From the NCBI GenBank assembly GCA_032718475.1, contig JAUCBJ010008915.1, positions 43,287 through 107,286 of the forward strand: a stretch of DNA of 64,000 bases. Direction: 5' to 3'. The translations under genes and the position numbers were made by a program. Below, piece by piece: positions 35,601 through 50,800 of this stretch. The notes under the pieces were generated by a model. That model did not search any database, was not told where the DNA came from, and saw nothing but the letters and a program-made list of their open reading frames with translations. Numbering within the stretch: the stretch's first letter is position 1; every line of letters begins with the position of its first letter. Source of the DNA: Nemertoderma westbladi (lineage: Eukaryota; Animalia; Xenacoelomorpha).

Positions 35601-38600
35601 TATTTTTAGTTTTTACTTTACTTTCGTATTCGTTTCACGTCACTTTTTACCAAACCGGAAATTGTAACTAAGTTCACCATAGAAAAATATGGAAACAAAA
35701 TTTAATTTGCGAGTGAGGGAGAACACCTCACCTACTGTAAATCAATGTCTGATTAGTAGCCTATTGCAGCTCCATAGCTACTTAACTCGATATCAATACA
35801 TTTAATAGGCAATTTAGTTTGCTAAGAGTTTGCTTCAGATTGCTAAGATTGCTTTATCACATTCGATATATCACACATATTTAATGTGTGTGTGAATAAA
35901 TGGATTGATTATTAACGTCTGTCTTAGACTCTAAATGAATTCCAGCGAGCGGGTCGTAACACTCTTTAACGAGAACAACTTAAATTTATACAAAAAATTT
36001 ATATCCAGACAAAAATTAGTCAAATTATTAATTAAATTAGTCACAGCAAAGAGTCACACTTGGATAGTTGTTGAAGGTCCACAACTAATGATAATTACTA
36101 GTTTTATTTTTAATTATCCAATACTGCTACGAGCCTACCCCTACCTATACTTGTAGGAAATGTCGCAGCAATAATTGATAAAATACATTTGCAGAAGAAC
36201 CTAGTTTTATTGCTTAAAGTTGCTCCCTTTGCACTATTTTGTGCCAGAAATCCGCTATGGAGAAATCCCCCCCCCCCCCCCCCCCAGATCCGTCACTATA
36301 ATTTCACATTCAATGGGGCCATTCCTGACATATAAGGAATACAATCTTAATTCATTATTAATTCAATTAATAATATCATACATGTACCGGTGGTACCATA
36401 GGTGCTAATTGGGTTGGCTACAAACAGAAACTACTCTCCATACATTTGTAGGTAATTCAATTGGCTGGGCCGAGGAGATCAGATTCTAGGAGGGTGTTTC
36501 CAAAGGCGTATTTACTGTAGTTCTATAAAGTAGTCTGTGCTGTGGGATTTATAATTGTTGTTAAATATGAGATTACCTTCTCATGAAATGAATTTCGTAC
36601 AGTAAGTAAATAGTTTTAAGTAACAGTCATCTTTAATACTGTATTATATTGTGTTAAGTAATTTTTTGAATCCATTTTTAAGCCTAGTGTAACTATAGTA
36701 ACAACATAAACTGTATGTAGTTGTATTGTTTAGGTATTTGGTGTCGGGTTTTATGGTTGGTTGGCCTACGGTTTGCAGATCAGGCATTAATTATCGTTAA
36801 AAGGTAGGCCTACAGTAGCTCATCTTGAAAATAAAACTACAGTAGACGCCAAAATTCCCTAACAATTATTATAATATACCAATTATTGAAGAAGTGGTTA
36901 ATAAATAGTAATATATTTTACTGTTCTAGAACGTAGCCCATTATTTTAAAATTATATTGTTCCAGGCTATATTTTTTTGACCTAGAACATTTGTTTAATT
37001 GCAAAAAATTGTATAACAAGTTATTTGTCATTTAATACTGTAGTTGTTTAATTATCCCTCAAAAATTACTAGCTACTAAGAAAAAAATATTTGGGGCATT
37101 AACTTTATATTTAATTATAATCTAGAACATATAAAATAAACTAGCAGAAATGATCGAGAATTAAAAACAAACAATAACATGTTCTAGAATATTTAAAAAA
37201 AAAAACGAAAATTGACTAGTATATCAATTGTATATATATTTTTGAAAATATGTTCTACAGGTATAAGACAAATCCGGCTATAGAACATTTTTGAATTAAA
37301 TAATAGATAATAGCTAAAATGTTCTAGAAACTTTCATTTTGGAGGTGTTACCTGTAAGCTGTAATGTTCTAGAAAATGTTTACTAGAACATTAAATTGAG
37401 TCGTGCAGGTTAAATGAATAGACCTACAATGATTTGACATTTAGCAAACAATTAAATAGAAAATCTTGATAAATAAATTTGCAAGTAAGACTGAATTATA
37501 GGCCTACAGATACATCTAATTTAATAATGAATAAAATATGCAAATTATCAATCAAAAGATCTGCGATTTAGAAACAACGAGACATTTTAAGATACTATAT
37601 TTGTACCAAGCCAAGGAGTTCTAATAAATTATTATTAGTCTATATAACTATATATATATACCGGTACTCAATATTGGTGGTAATCTTAATTTGTGACACC
37701 CTTGCATTTTCATTAATTAGTTCGCTTAACCACTGTAATTAATCGCATTTCATAGGCCTGCTATATATAGTTAATGACTTGTAAATTATTATTTAATATT
37801 TTGAAAGATAAATATTGAAACTGAACCCTGTTCTAGAAGTGTGGTCTTGTATCATTTGGTTTCCATAATAACGTTGGAATGTTTAAAAAGCGGGATAAGG
37901 CGGTGAGTTCCCTACATTACTATTATATTATTACATACATACTGTAGTATTACTTTCGGTTTCCGTTCGCTTGTGCAATATAATGTACATGTAGGCCTAC
38001 TAGGCCTGTATATAATGTACATGTAGGCCTACTAGGCCTGTAACATCCCCGACCCCCCAGCATCCCAACCTCAATAAATATATATATTAGCTGAATTTTG
38101 CCCGTTTTAACATTGATTAATCTTCTAGAACATCTTACACACTTAATTTAATTTTGAAAATGGTCTAAAACAATTATTTATGACTAGATCATTTAGTATA
38201 CGTACTTATATCGTATGCGACCGGTATATAAACCATATCTAAGAATATTAATAAATAAATCATTATATTCTTCAAAAGTTCAGACAAATATATTTATTTA
38301 TTATATGGAAATAAAGTAGTTCTTTATATCCCGCTGATCGCGAGATGTGTATTTAATATGCTGAGCGAGTTTTATTATACAAAGGAGGAGTGATTAGGGT
38401 ATGAACTGAACATTCGTGGCTACAATATTAACGGTTAGATGAGCCAACAATTGTTTTATAGATAATTTGAAATTGTCTTAAACTTTATGGATATCATTTC
38501 GGGCAGATTCAGAAATCAAATGGAATAAAAAATAATGGTAGACCTTGTGAGATGTGTATAGTGTATGATGTGATCGCATTACAGTAAGTGTGGCGCGTAT

Positions 38601-38893
38601 AAGACAGAATATGGCAGGATGAGTTTTGTGAATACGATATATTCGGTTGTATTAGTTAGTCACTAGTCACTACTATATGAAACATTCATCGTCGTTCTAT
38701 TCTAATGAGGCTGATGGATTTCTAACTGAACAGTTTTATTTGACAGTTTTTTGAATGTTCCTAAAATGCGACAAGGAAAAACTATATACCGTCATGCTTA
38801 GCATGGGGATTGAACCCACAACCTAGGGATTAAATCTGCAACACAAATTTACCCTTTGTTAATTTTCAGCGGTTAGCTGGTGGCGACGAAGCC

Positions 38894-41800
38894 ATGAATA
38901 CAGAATTCGGTGGTCACTATAGACCCAATATATCGCAGTCACCTAGCTCCAATACAATCGAGTCTGGAAGGTCGGGTAGGCCTCTAATCGCAAAGGTTAG
39001 TCTACGAAAAGTGAAACTGAAACTTCTTCCTTTTCCTTTCACTATCTGCATATAAAACTCAATTAAGCTTATCAGTGTATCTGTATCAGAGTTATGTAAC
39101 CAACCCCCATAACTACCGCCTAACTATTATACTTCTGCTACATTTGATCTTGAATCCTTCGATATGTGGAACGGTAAGGCATGGACTGGTTAAATAAAGT
39201 ATCAAGGGAAATCAGGCATGGAAATCACCTGGTATCTCATATTCTTTGAGGGCTTTCTCTTGATGGTACACATACTACGGGATGCTACGTATTCGAGACG
39301 GGGGGGGGGGGGGGGGCTGGACGCAAATCCCATCTCGTCCAAATAGTATTCGACTCAATGTTAAAATCACAATTTAGGGAAAGGAGCAGGTTACAGTGGT
39401 ACGTTATTCTAACCAAAACAATAAACGAAAATAAATAGAACAGGTTACAGTTTTATTTTTAAGAGTAATCAGCTGTTATTTGCGTCGATGGGGGGGTCGG
39501 GTTTGTCACTGAAATACGACACTATTCCAGGAGATGGACATGGAATTAATATGTATAGAGGAAGTGTGTTAGAGATGGGGTGGTACGATCTCTCTCTAGG
39601 GAGCGGCGATGCTGATACATTAACCATTGTCTCCATACACACTCCCCGACGAACGCGCAGACAGAGTTTTATTACTTCAGTTTCCCCCCAATTTTCCTCC
39701 TGCGCCGCCGCCGACTGTTTAAAGGATCCGCCACAAGTGAGTGGGGTGTAATCCAGAGAAAAGGGCAGGCTCTTATGTTAAGTGTGGAAAAGGGTATAAT
39801 ATTCTCCTGTATTCTCGGCAGCACGACCATGTATGTACCAATCGTGGTTCTACGTCATGGTAGGTAACTGGGATTGTGAATGGAAAGGTTTTACTTTGTA
39901 TTGAATTACCGGTTACCTTGGCAATGCTAGGTTGCTGGCTCCAGGCTGGGCCTGACAGGATCCACTGGTAACTTTCCGCTAGGTTTCCCCTAAGAGCCAA
40001 CCAACCAAATATTTTTGTTTTTATTTAATTATATATTCCATTCAACATATGGTTTGTTTTACATGAGAAATAAACTTGTACAAAAAATATTGTGTGAGGC
40101 ATATAAAGTGCAACAGCAGTTACATACCTGTTGTTAACTACAGTTGCTACTGAAGCCCAACCAACTTAATCATTCATAATTTAGGGTTTGTAATTCAGGT
40201 TCAACCGTCTAACCGTATCCGCATAAAAATTATAAAAATATGAAACGATATAATTATTAGTATAATTTTCCATAGGAATTCACTCAACGGATTTCTAATA
40301 CCGATTCCGTTTTCTTTATTTTACAGAGAACTTCTCAAAGGAGTTCCAATGATTCTATTCCTGAGAAAGCCGCCACAGAAGATCGAGAGAAATCCATCTC
40401 GAGTTCGGAAGAAAGTAAACTGTCCCGAGGTGGCTGGGGTAAACAGATCGAGTTTACTCTCTCTTGCATAGGGTTTTGCGTTGGTAGGTATTGTTAGGAA
40501 AGTGGCTCAGTTGTAACAAATATAAAAAATTCATTGACTAAAATCAACGTTAAAGGATAATATTAAACTTTTTGATTTTTAGTAAACGAATTGTTTCTGT
40601 TTGTAGATTGTGGTGGTTAGGCCTATACGATATTTTGTGGCTTAATAGTGTACAGCTTTGATGGCGTTAGAAACATGTATAATTATACCTACACCTAGTA
40701 GACTCATTACATATCCTAGCTTAATCGACAGTATCTGCAGCAATACCCTTCCCAATACCCACCCGTTCTATGTTTCCAGGTCTGGGTAATGTCTGGAGAT
40801 TTCCCTACAAATGCTACAAAAATGGGGGTGGAGCATTCCTTATACCATACTTCGTGATGTTGGTCCTCACGGGAATACCTATGTACTTTATGGAATTGTC
40901 ATTGGGACAGTACGCCAGTATGGGACCCATAGCTATATGGAATCTCGCTCCAATATTCCGAGGTAAGATAAATGGGGCGAGCCACTAAGTCAATGAGCCC
41001 TCTATCAATGATAGTTAGCATAGAGTTTACAGTAGTACGTTATTCCGCCCACCCGTGTTATAGAAGTCTCTATAGTGGGGCGAGTCGAAACTGCTATCTA
41101 TCAGCGAACTGTTATAATTATACTTTTTCCTAAATTTTCTAAAGGTCTGTGGTGTTGGTGTGTGTCATATGTGTGTGTGTCTGAAGCCAATATATAACTA
41201 GCCATAGTATAATTATAATTGTTTGCTGAGATGGCTTGCAGCTTTTGCTGCACGAAGGCCCCATTCGTGTTACAAACTTATTGATTACTTTCGTTCTAAC
41301 CTATATATATATATGTGCCGTAACGAACGCTGCAAAGTGTTATTATTTAGCGTTATGGGATTTCATACTTATTTTTAATTGAATAACATCTTCATACATC
41401 ACCAACAAACTTTTTTTTTTTTTTTATTTATTAGGACTTGGTTACGGTATGGTTACTATTGCATTCCTTGTTAGTCTTTACTACAACGTGATTATCGCTT
41501 GGGTTCTCTACTACCTGTTTGTTTCTTTCACCGACACACTTCCCTGGATAGGATGTGATAATCCATGGAACACAATCTACTGCGGTTAGTGCCGGAAGGA
41601 ATTAAAATATCTTGTTCCGGACATTGAAACTTTAAACCCCCTGCAAGGAGCATGCTGCTGTATGATTTATGTCTCGCACTAGTTTATTGAATATATCTGC
41701 CACCTAACACTAGTCGTCAGTTAGTGGGGCTTTCCCTAATAATTGCCATTTTTTTGTGGTATTTAAATTATAAAGTTGCACATTACACACACAGTGATGT

Positions 41801-44800
41801 AAATAAGGGAGACAGGTGGGGAGGGGGGGGGGGGTTGTAAATGGACGCAAATTTCATCTCGGCGAATTAACATCCCGCCTCCATGGGTTAAATCGTCAAT
41901 TTGAGCTAAGGAGCAGGTTGCAGTGGCGCGTTATTCTAACCAAAACAATAAACTAAAGTAAATAGAACAGGTTACAATTTTTTTTAGGAGTAATCAGCTG
42001 TTATATTTGCGTCGAATTTCCCCTGGAGAGGGATTCATTTGTATTGCGTCGAAAGTCTCCCCCTATCTGAAATAAGGTATGAATTCAAAACATGTGGTAA
42101 TTTAAAATTTATAATTGTTAAACTGCAGGTAAAATAAAAGAAGATTGTATGAAAGAGGGTGGAGTGATGGATAATATAACATGCAGATACAATCTCACCG
42201 ATGATGAAATAGCGAACGTGACTAAGGCGCCATGGAAACATCCCTCCGAGGAATTCTTTAAAAAAGAGGTAATTTTTAGATTTTATATTAAAGGTAAAGA
42301 GGATCCATTGTGCATCTCTACATTCAAAGAAATTATCATTTATAGCTTATAATAGGATAGTTCCAAAATTAATTGTTGTCTGCGGTCGTGGATGCGATAA
42401 CATTGAAATTCCAAGTAGTTACAGGGTGGGGGTGCTTCTCCTACTCCCTGCAATCCAATTAGCACTGCTCGCTATGGCCTGGCCTTTCTGGAGGTTCGTA
42501 GGAGCAGGTGCCTCTCGTAGTCTATATTGATTTCGATTCGATATTTCAAAGGAGGACGTAGTAGCCCTTCCAACTAATACTTAGAGGAACTCTCGTGGAA
42601 ACTGTAGAATATCAGTTTGACAGTGGAGGGTTTGAGGGGATTGTGTTCGCGGCCAGTGGCAATCGGTCATTGTCATTGGTTTGGTATCCGAATTTGAAAA
42701 GGACTACGAACGACGTAAAGATTGTGAAGAAGCTGTACCAAGCAAAGGGGGTAAACTTAATCTAAAGAAGAAGGCAAAACCCCAAAACCTGTTATCAAAG
42801 AGGCGTCAAGAGGAAAACATATGGTGAATGCTATGTGAACATAGGGTGTATTATATTTACATTAAATTAAATACAGGAGTGCTAAACAGACCATTATTGG
42901 ATGTTTGCAACCGGATGCTGAAAGGGGAAAAGCCACCACCAATTTGGAATAAAGGTCAACTAAAGCCTCTCCCTAAGAAAAGGAGACCTCAGTGTACCAA
43001 CAAACTATCTGAAAACTTTAAGAAAATTTTACTCAAAATTGCCATCCCGTTCCCGAAAATGGGGATCCCAAGAGTGGCCATCCCGGTCCCGATCCTGTAA
43101 ATCCCGATAAGTCTGATCCCATTTAAACACTACTAGTGTATAACCATTAAACTAACTGAGTTACGAATGTTAGGACATATAAACTGCTTTAGTTTCAGAA
43201 AATTAAGAATATTGCTTCGCTTTTAAGTTTAAATTTGATTATATAAAGTGAAAAATATTTATTAGTGTACTGTAGCTGGATTAAATTTATAAAGGCATTA
43301 GCGGTACTGGCTTGATTGCGCGGTATTTGCCACTGTACTACCCCTTGGGGTATGTATGATAATAATAATTAATTCAATTAGGTGGCAAAGGTGTTGCCCA
43401 TTTGCATGTTAAACGAGGCCATGGTGACTAATGGAATGAAAGGAGGAATTTAACTATAACTTACCGCAGGTGTACTGAAATTGCAATTCAGAAAGTACAC
43501 CACGCACCATCTGTATTATTACTGTGCCTGTCAATCACTCTAAGGTTCTGTGGGATGCCACTAGCCTGGCCTCTCGTTGTTTGAAGCAGTCGCCCTGCTC
43601 TTTGAGCTCAGTCTATATTCCTTTAGGTATGGATAAGCCTGCCTTACACTAACCCATGGCGTCTCTGCACAGAGGAATACTTGATCACTAGCTGGATGAT
43701 CGATCAGGAACTCAATGATCACTGGCTGTAAACTGTTTTACATTTTTATATTTCCTTCTCTAACATTCAGAGTCACATAATATTTCCCTTTTCGAATAAA
43801 TTAACTATTGTTTCTTTGAGTTGATCGCCGTTGCAACATCGTTGTTTTCTTTTAGGTCCTCCGACAATCGGATGGGATTGAAGAGATGGGAGGAATCAGT
43901 TGGCATCTAGCTATGTGTCTATTCCTGTCTTGGATTACAATATTCTTGTGTTTGCTAAAGGGCGTAAAGAGTTCAGGAAAGGTATGTGTTGGTTGGAACT
44001 CCTTTATTTGGTGAAGGAGATACAGTAATTGCAAAAGATTCGTATGGGGCGAGACAAGCTTAAAATATTTAGAAATAACTTATAATGAGTTTGCTGTCTG
44101 TCGGTGGCGCAATTATATTTGCCATATTATTTTTTCCAAAAATTAACAGATAAGGGGGGGGGGGGGACTTTGTGGTCCCGGTGTAGAAATAGGCGACAAT
44201 AAATTATAAATTTACATTGTTCATTGTATTTCGTTACACTTCATGGTGTCGCGCTCGTTTATCATATTTTCATCAGCAATGTAACAATTTTTGTATAAAA
44301 CTACATATTGTTGCATCTTTACAGGGTTCTGAACCCAATCACATTATTTTCACCTCTCGGATCATCTCACTGTAAAGTAATAAAATGCTAGTTTTTACAC
44401 AACTATGTAATTAAACCAAGTACACCTTGAATTAAACCCAACGCTAAATATATTTTTAAGATTTGCTTAAAACTCATGAAAAAATGTTGCACAACTTCCA
44501 AAGGGGAGTGTATATATTCGCTGTACAGGTTAATAATGATATTCTAGAATTCTAGAGTAGGCCCTAGCCAATAAGTAGATTTATTTAAATAGTTTATTGA
44601 TTTGAATGAATATGAATATCCGAACGTTATAAGTTTGAACAGTTTGAAAAGTTTGAACAGAGATTAATCTCTATCGGCAAAGTCATTGTATAATTAGTCA
44701 GTACGGACTAGTTATTGTGTAACAACATTATTACAGTAACAGTATTAACCAACGCCGATTAATAAGTTTTGGTTAGAATTCTGTTTTGTTTCTCAAAGTG

Positions 44801-47800
44801 AGGAACGCAATGGAACATGGAGCAAAAATCTATCATAAGACGTTAAGATTAGACTGTTAGAGGAGATGACGTTACAGAGTACCGTAGCAAAGTGCAGCAG
44901 TATAGTTTTGGGGTTTAGGCTTTCTTCACCAGTTTATGTGACCCTGGCTGCTGGCGGCCTTGCGGCTTGCGCCAAAAAAGTATAGATAGGAAAATTAAAC
45001 ACATATTTCAAATAGTTCAGTTTATCTGTTTATTGTTTATCCCACTCCTACCGCCTACCGGTAGGGCTACCAGCAGACCAGTAGTAGCGAACAGGCGAAT
45101 GAATGGTAGGCCTACCGGTACCGGTACGGCGGTATCCTGCGGTAGCAGGGGGGTTAACGAACATCACGTAACTTTATCTAACCGTTTATCCAGTTCTGCT
45201 TTGAGTTGTTCAGCGAACTCGGATTCTCCCTCCCCAATTTCGTCCCAGTCCTCGTCCCATAGATCGTCTTCCCCCTCCTGGGCTTGATACCCTCTTCCCA
45301 TGCGTCCGCCGCGAATTCCTCGAAATCGTCGTCTTCATACAACGTTCCTGCGACCGGTTTCTCGTCGGTTGAAACCTTCTTATCTTCCGATGGAGGGGAC
45401 TGTTGCTTAATTTCTTTCTTTATTGACATAGTTCTGTAGTTCTGTATTTTTCTGAATTCTGCACTGCAGCACTGATCACCGCTCGCCGGTCTTAGTTTTA
45501 GTATATTTAGTGCAAATAGATCATAGATCAGTACACAGCAGTAGGTCTGGTATTTTGTCTGTAGTCTGAATGTCTGATACAATATCCGTATTCTGAAATA
45601 GAGCGAGTAGGTCTCTATTACAGTATTAGTAGGCCCTACAGTAGTATTCAGGTAGGCCTATTTCCGGTCAGGAAGTCAGCCGATACTAGCTATTTAGGCT
45701 ACTATCTAGGGCAGGGCTAGGCCTACATCAGTCTGTCAGTCAGTCAGTACGTATTATGTAGGCCTAGGAGGCGTAGCTACGCGTAGTTTGTAACTTCCAT
45801 TCCTGTCATTCACCGGTAGGGCCAGACTTACAGCCTTTTTAACAACTACGCGTAGGTGTTTTAAAACTACGCGTAATTATTTTGGAACTACGCGTAGGTA
45901 TTTTGAAACTACGCGTAGGTGCTACGCCCGTAGCAGTCCTGATAACAATGATTTTTCATTTCAGGACCGGTAGGGTTGAGTTGTTAGGCAAGTATCGGTA
46001 TACGTCAGGTATCTGATTATCAGACAAATGGAATAACAGAATCGGAAGCTCATATCTCTACATACAGCACTGGTAATAAATAATATTCGGCTCTTTCACA
46101 TACAAACACAGGATGAATAAAAAGTACACTTAAAATTCACGTCTCATGATTCAATTATCTTTGTTTCCATTGGATTATTTAAATATTCTACAGTAGTAAG
46201 CTACCAGTCTACCGGTGAAGTGGTTAAGCGAAAGCTGATAAATACTGCATATACTGTAATTAAATTGTGGTCAAATATCAAGTGCAACCAATCGTGGTAG
46301 ACAATTTAGTCTCCCACTTCCCTTGTCAAAGGGTTAACATATTAAATATATCCTTTGCCCTATCGTGAACAAAGGCAATAAAAAGCAATGGAGGTCGAAA
46401 AGATTTACTCTCAAATTAGTATGGTTTACAACATATCAGAATATGCAATGCAGTTAGCTGGTTAGTCAGTTACTAAGTAGGCCTGCTGTCTGGCTGTAGG
46501 TGTAGGACAGTACAATAGGATACATTCACTTACACCGGAACCGGTACCTACTCACTTACAGTACCGTACTTACTATACTTTCAGTTTAATTACCGGTGCC
46601 GGTACGCAGTTTAATTATTGGTTTTATTTAGGCCTATCTGTTTATTCTTGATGTATGGGTACCTATCTGCCTATAGTCTGTAAGTCTGACAGTACCGGTA
46701 CCACAAGCAGTTTAGCTTTCTATGCCAAACTATTAATCATTACATTACTTAATCATTGCATTAGGCCTATTAAACAAACTATTGAACTAAGCATTTCTGC
46801 CGAAACCAAAACTGCCCTGTCCCCCGTCTGCCCGTCCCAATCTGCCAATGCTGCTATGCGGGGTTCGAACCCACGAGCCACGAACTCCACTTCTGCACTG
46901 GTGCACTGAGAAATTAATTCAATGCAACCAATCACCAAGCCATCAAGGTGGAACTTTTTAAAAATTTTCACTTTCTTTATTTTGTTACTGGTACTATAGG
47001 CCTATATTTACAGTATTTATATAACAGGTTAGGCATTTTGGGCATTAAGGCGTCATTAATCACTCTAATTCTACTAGGCCCCTATGCTACATACCGGTAC
47101 TACAGCTGTACAGTACTCTGGTGTCTGGTACTAACAGACTTTACCGGTAGGCCTAATTAATTAGGACCACTAGCGCTAGGGCTTATTTCTGTAAAAGTAT
47201 TTTGTATCCTGTATCTGTGTGTGTATTTATGTGGATGTGGGTTTCGGGGTGTATGTAGTAGTACACGTTCGTGGGGACTTCGCGCAGCACGTAGTCGGCA
47301 AGCCTTGGCATACGGTTCATATAGAGCAAATGGGGCATGTCTAGTTTGGACCCAATATCCCATGCTATAAATGTATTCATTCGATATACAATCATATGTT
47401 AATCCGCTAGGTGGTGTCAAATTGTTATTCTGCAATTTCGTACTTACCAGTGCAGCACTGTACAGCAGTACCGTACCGGTAGGCCTATGTCATTACTTCT
47501 GAGTCTCTAGCGGATCCCCAATTAAATGTCTTAACTTTTCAATTTCGTAAAAGATAGACTTCATGATTCTCTACAGGCCACCAAAATTTCAGCTCAGGAA
47601 AATGAGGCCTTCCCGAGAAATTTAACATTTTCTAAAAACCACATAATCTGTCGTAGCTGACGTCAGACTGCATGATTTTTCACCAAACTTTACAAACTTT
47701 CTAAACTTTCTCTCTACTACTTACCTACTAAGTTTGGTTCAATTCCGAACCAGCGATGCAGAGAAATTCGCGTTCAAACATTTACCAGACAGACGGACAG

Positions 47801-50800
47801 ACAGACGGACATGCCCCATTTGCCCTATATGAACCGTATGCCAAGGCTCGCCGACTACGTGTCTCGCCCCACAGTAGTATGTACCACTTACTGTAAGTAT
47901 ATCATGAAAACTCCTCCCAAACTATAGTGTATAGATCGTCCGTCAATGAAAGTTAATCAATCGACGCAGTTCAACCCCAGGCTGCCAGGATGTGGAAAAA
48001 TATAAGTTTCGAAAAAAAATAATACCGGTAGTCTGGTAGTGTCTTTTTTATTTCGAAAAATTGCCCCATAACACGAAAATTGCCATGTAGACAGATAGAC
48101 TCAATGATAAAAAAAAACTCCAGCTGGTGCTCATGGGGGCCTAGTAATGCTCCTACTATTGAATGGATATGACCAAACTGCAGAGAAGTATATTATTAGG
48201 ACTACTTGCCAAGCTTATTACTCTCTCACTCTATTCCAGACAAGTAGGCCTAAGCATAAACAACAATTGTTACATAGTTTGTAATGTGTAGGCCTATTAC
48301 CCCGTCAGCTGAATAGCTCTTCCCAGTGTGCAGTGAATCATATGGGGATATATATAAGGTTACTCACTGCTATGTTAGGTGGTAGGCCAGCTGATTGAAT
48401 TTTAAGAACTGGATGTTTTATACTGTAGGTTAATAATAATGACATTAGGGGCTGGGATTACTCTCTCTCAGACTGTAAGCAAATTTGTCCAATGGGGAGG
48501 GACACCCAACTGCACACTGCACTACGTTTGTCTATGTAGCTATGTACGGTCTTCTTATTAGTTCATATCACATTTCCATGATCATGATGGATAGAATATC
48601 TTATTTGAATGATAATATCAGCATCAGGACTGCAGGATTTTGCCTAATGTATAATTTACTGCTCAATCTTCAACTTCACATAATTTCTTACATTGCGTTG
48701 GCATACTGTAGCCGGTAGCATCACTGCAGCACTGTAGGCCCTACATCAGAACTTTGTAAACATAAACTTAGGACTTCTGGACTTAGGCAGGCCTGTATCA
48801 GTGTACTGCGGTTGCTGTAGGCCTACTCCAGTACTTAAAACTACAGTACACTACAACTTACAAACTTACAGACTGAATTGTTAAACCGTTGATGATATGA
48901 TATGGTATTAATGGTTATGGCGCTTCAATGTCCGACGGACAACGCAGTATATACCGACCGCTCGCGTCGGGAGTTTGCGAGCGGTGGCGGAGCGGCGTTG
49001 ATTAACGTGTTGGTCACCTTCCCCATCGCCAAGGTGATGTTCCGACAGACGATTCACGGTATGCGACTATCCGCCGCCGCCAGTATGATCCGCGACGAGG
49101 GATGGAGACACTTGTATCGGGGCGTCCTCCCTCCGTTGTTACAGAAGTTCTCTACAGTAACGATAATGTTCGGAACCTACAGTCTCTACTTCCATTACCT
49201 CACAGATATGTTCCCAAACACCCGTTCTGTAATGCGAACTACCCCGGCTGCCATGGCTGCCGGTATGACCGAGGCTATATTCGTACCTCTAGAAAGAGTT
49301 CAAGTTCTTCTTCAGCACCATCGCTATCACAAACAGTTTAGGAACACATTCCACGCATTGTACAGCCTGTCTGCCCACGGTGCACGCGAGTATTACAGAG
49401 GACTGACTCCCATTCTAGTCAGAAACAGTTTGTCCAACGCCTTATTCTTCAACCTCCGCGGTCCCATTAAACAGTTACTACCCCCCAGCACGACTTACCT
49501 CGGTAACTTCGCGTACGATTTCGTGTCCGGCGCGCTCCTCGGCGCTTTCCTCAGCACGTTATTTTTCCCAGTTAACGTCGTTAAGAACCGAATGCAAAGT
49601 GCAATTGGTGGGCCTTTCCATTCCCCCTCGCATATATTTCTATTAATTTTCCGTGAGCGCGATAAGAACCCGGCTACAATGTTCCGAGGGGTTCATCTCA
49701 ATTACACTAGGGCGCTGCTTTCTTGGGGGATTATAAATTCAACGTACGAAGTTTTACATTCGTACGTCTTTGTTAATCGATTGTCTTGAATTTGTTAATT
49801 AATAAATATTTATATCTTTCATTATTGAGTCGCAATCGTTTAGTGTTGTCGTCGAAAATTAAAAGTATCTTAGGCCTAATGGTTAAAATGTTTCTACTTC
49901 CAGTCAGACTGTGGAAGTTTAGTATTACATTAAATAAATTAATATTGAGACGGAACTAAATTTTATGTTGTCCTTTGAGACCAATAATAATGTTTTATAA
50001 CATTTTAGGTAATTGTAACGGTAATGGTATAAAATGTTGGTCTCAACGTGTTGCATAAAGTGTGGTTCCGTGTCAATCTACCTCCATTGGGTGTTGGAAA
50101 TGGTAATTACATATCAAAGTGGCTTTTTATTCAACTTTTACCCATAAACTTTACTGGAACTAACTAGTTTCTATATATTTACCAATTAATTAATTAATTA
50201 ATTGTGCTTAATGAAATTTATTAGGTGGAATAATTAATTTTTATAATTTTAATGGCAGTTTAAATCCAATCCAATCCAATCATGCACAAAATTATGAGCC
50301 TTAGGAACCCGCCACTCTAGTACCGGTGTTCGCTCTACTGTATTCCACCGCCGGTGCATATATTTTTTAATAACTTCGCTCAATCGGAAATAAATTTAAT
50401 GACAATCGGAAGCCAATACACATTAATTTAAATCCGCCTCTAGATGAAAGCGGGCAAAGTTACTATTCAAAAACAAAAAAACCTTGTCATATTTTTGGGT
50501 TTTGTATATATTTGCCCTTCGTTCTATACAACTTACAGCAATAAAGGTTTAATTTTAAATGCTAACTTATAACCCAGTCTGTTTAGCTATTATTGGCGGG
50601 TATCGATATTCAGTTAAATATTTGTGCTACTGAAGCAAACTATATCTGCTTTCCTATACTAGGATACCATAAGGTGTTCGTTCAATGACCGCTTGTGCTA
50701 CTGTAAACCGTTATTAGTACAATAATCGATTGTTTTTCTGTTTATTGGGAATTTTATGTTTTATTTTATACGAGTTTTCCATCATCTACTGAATACTGAA

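Noticed and set aside
36520-36607. TATAAAG and a GTAAGT donor as a possible SLC6 5' UTR exon
   Set aside because: Plausible given the acceptor at 38869, but such motifs are common in AT-rich DNA. It needs transcript data.
45430-45582. N-terminal extension of the 134-aa minus ORF
   Set aside because: It starts at a non-ATG codon. SEM1-like sequence begins at ATG 45429.
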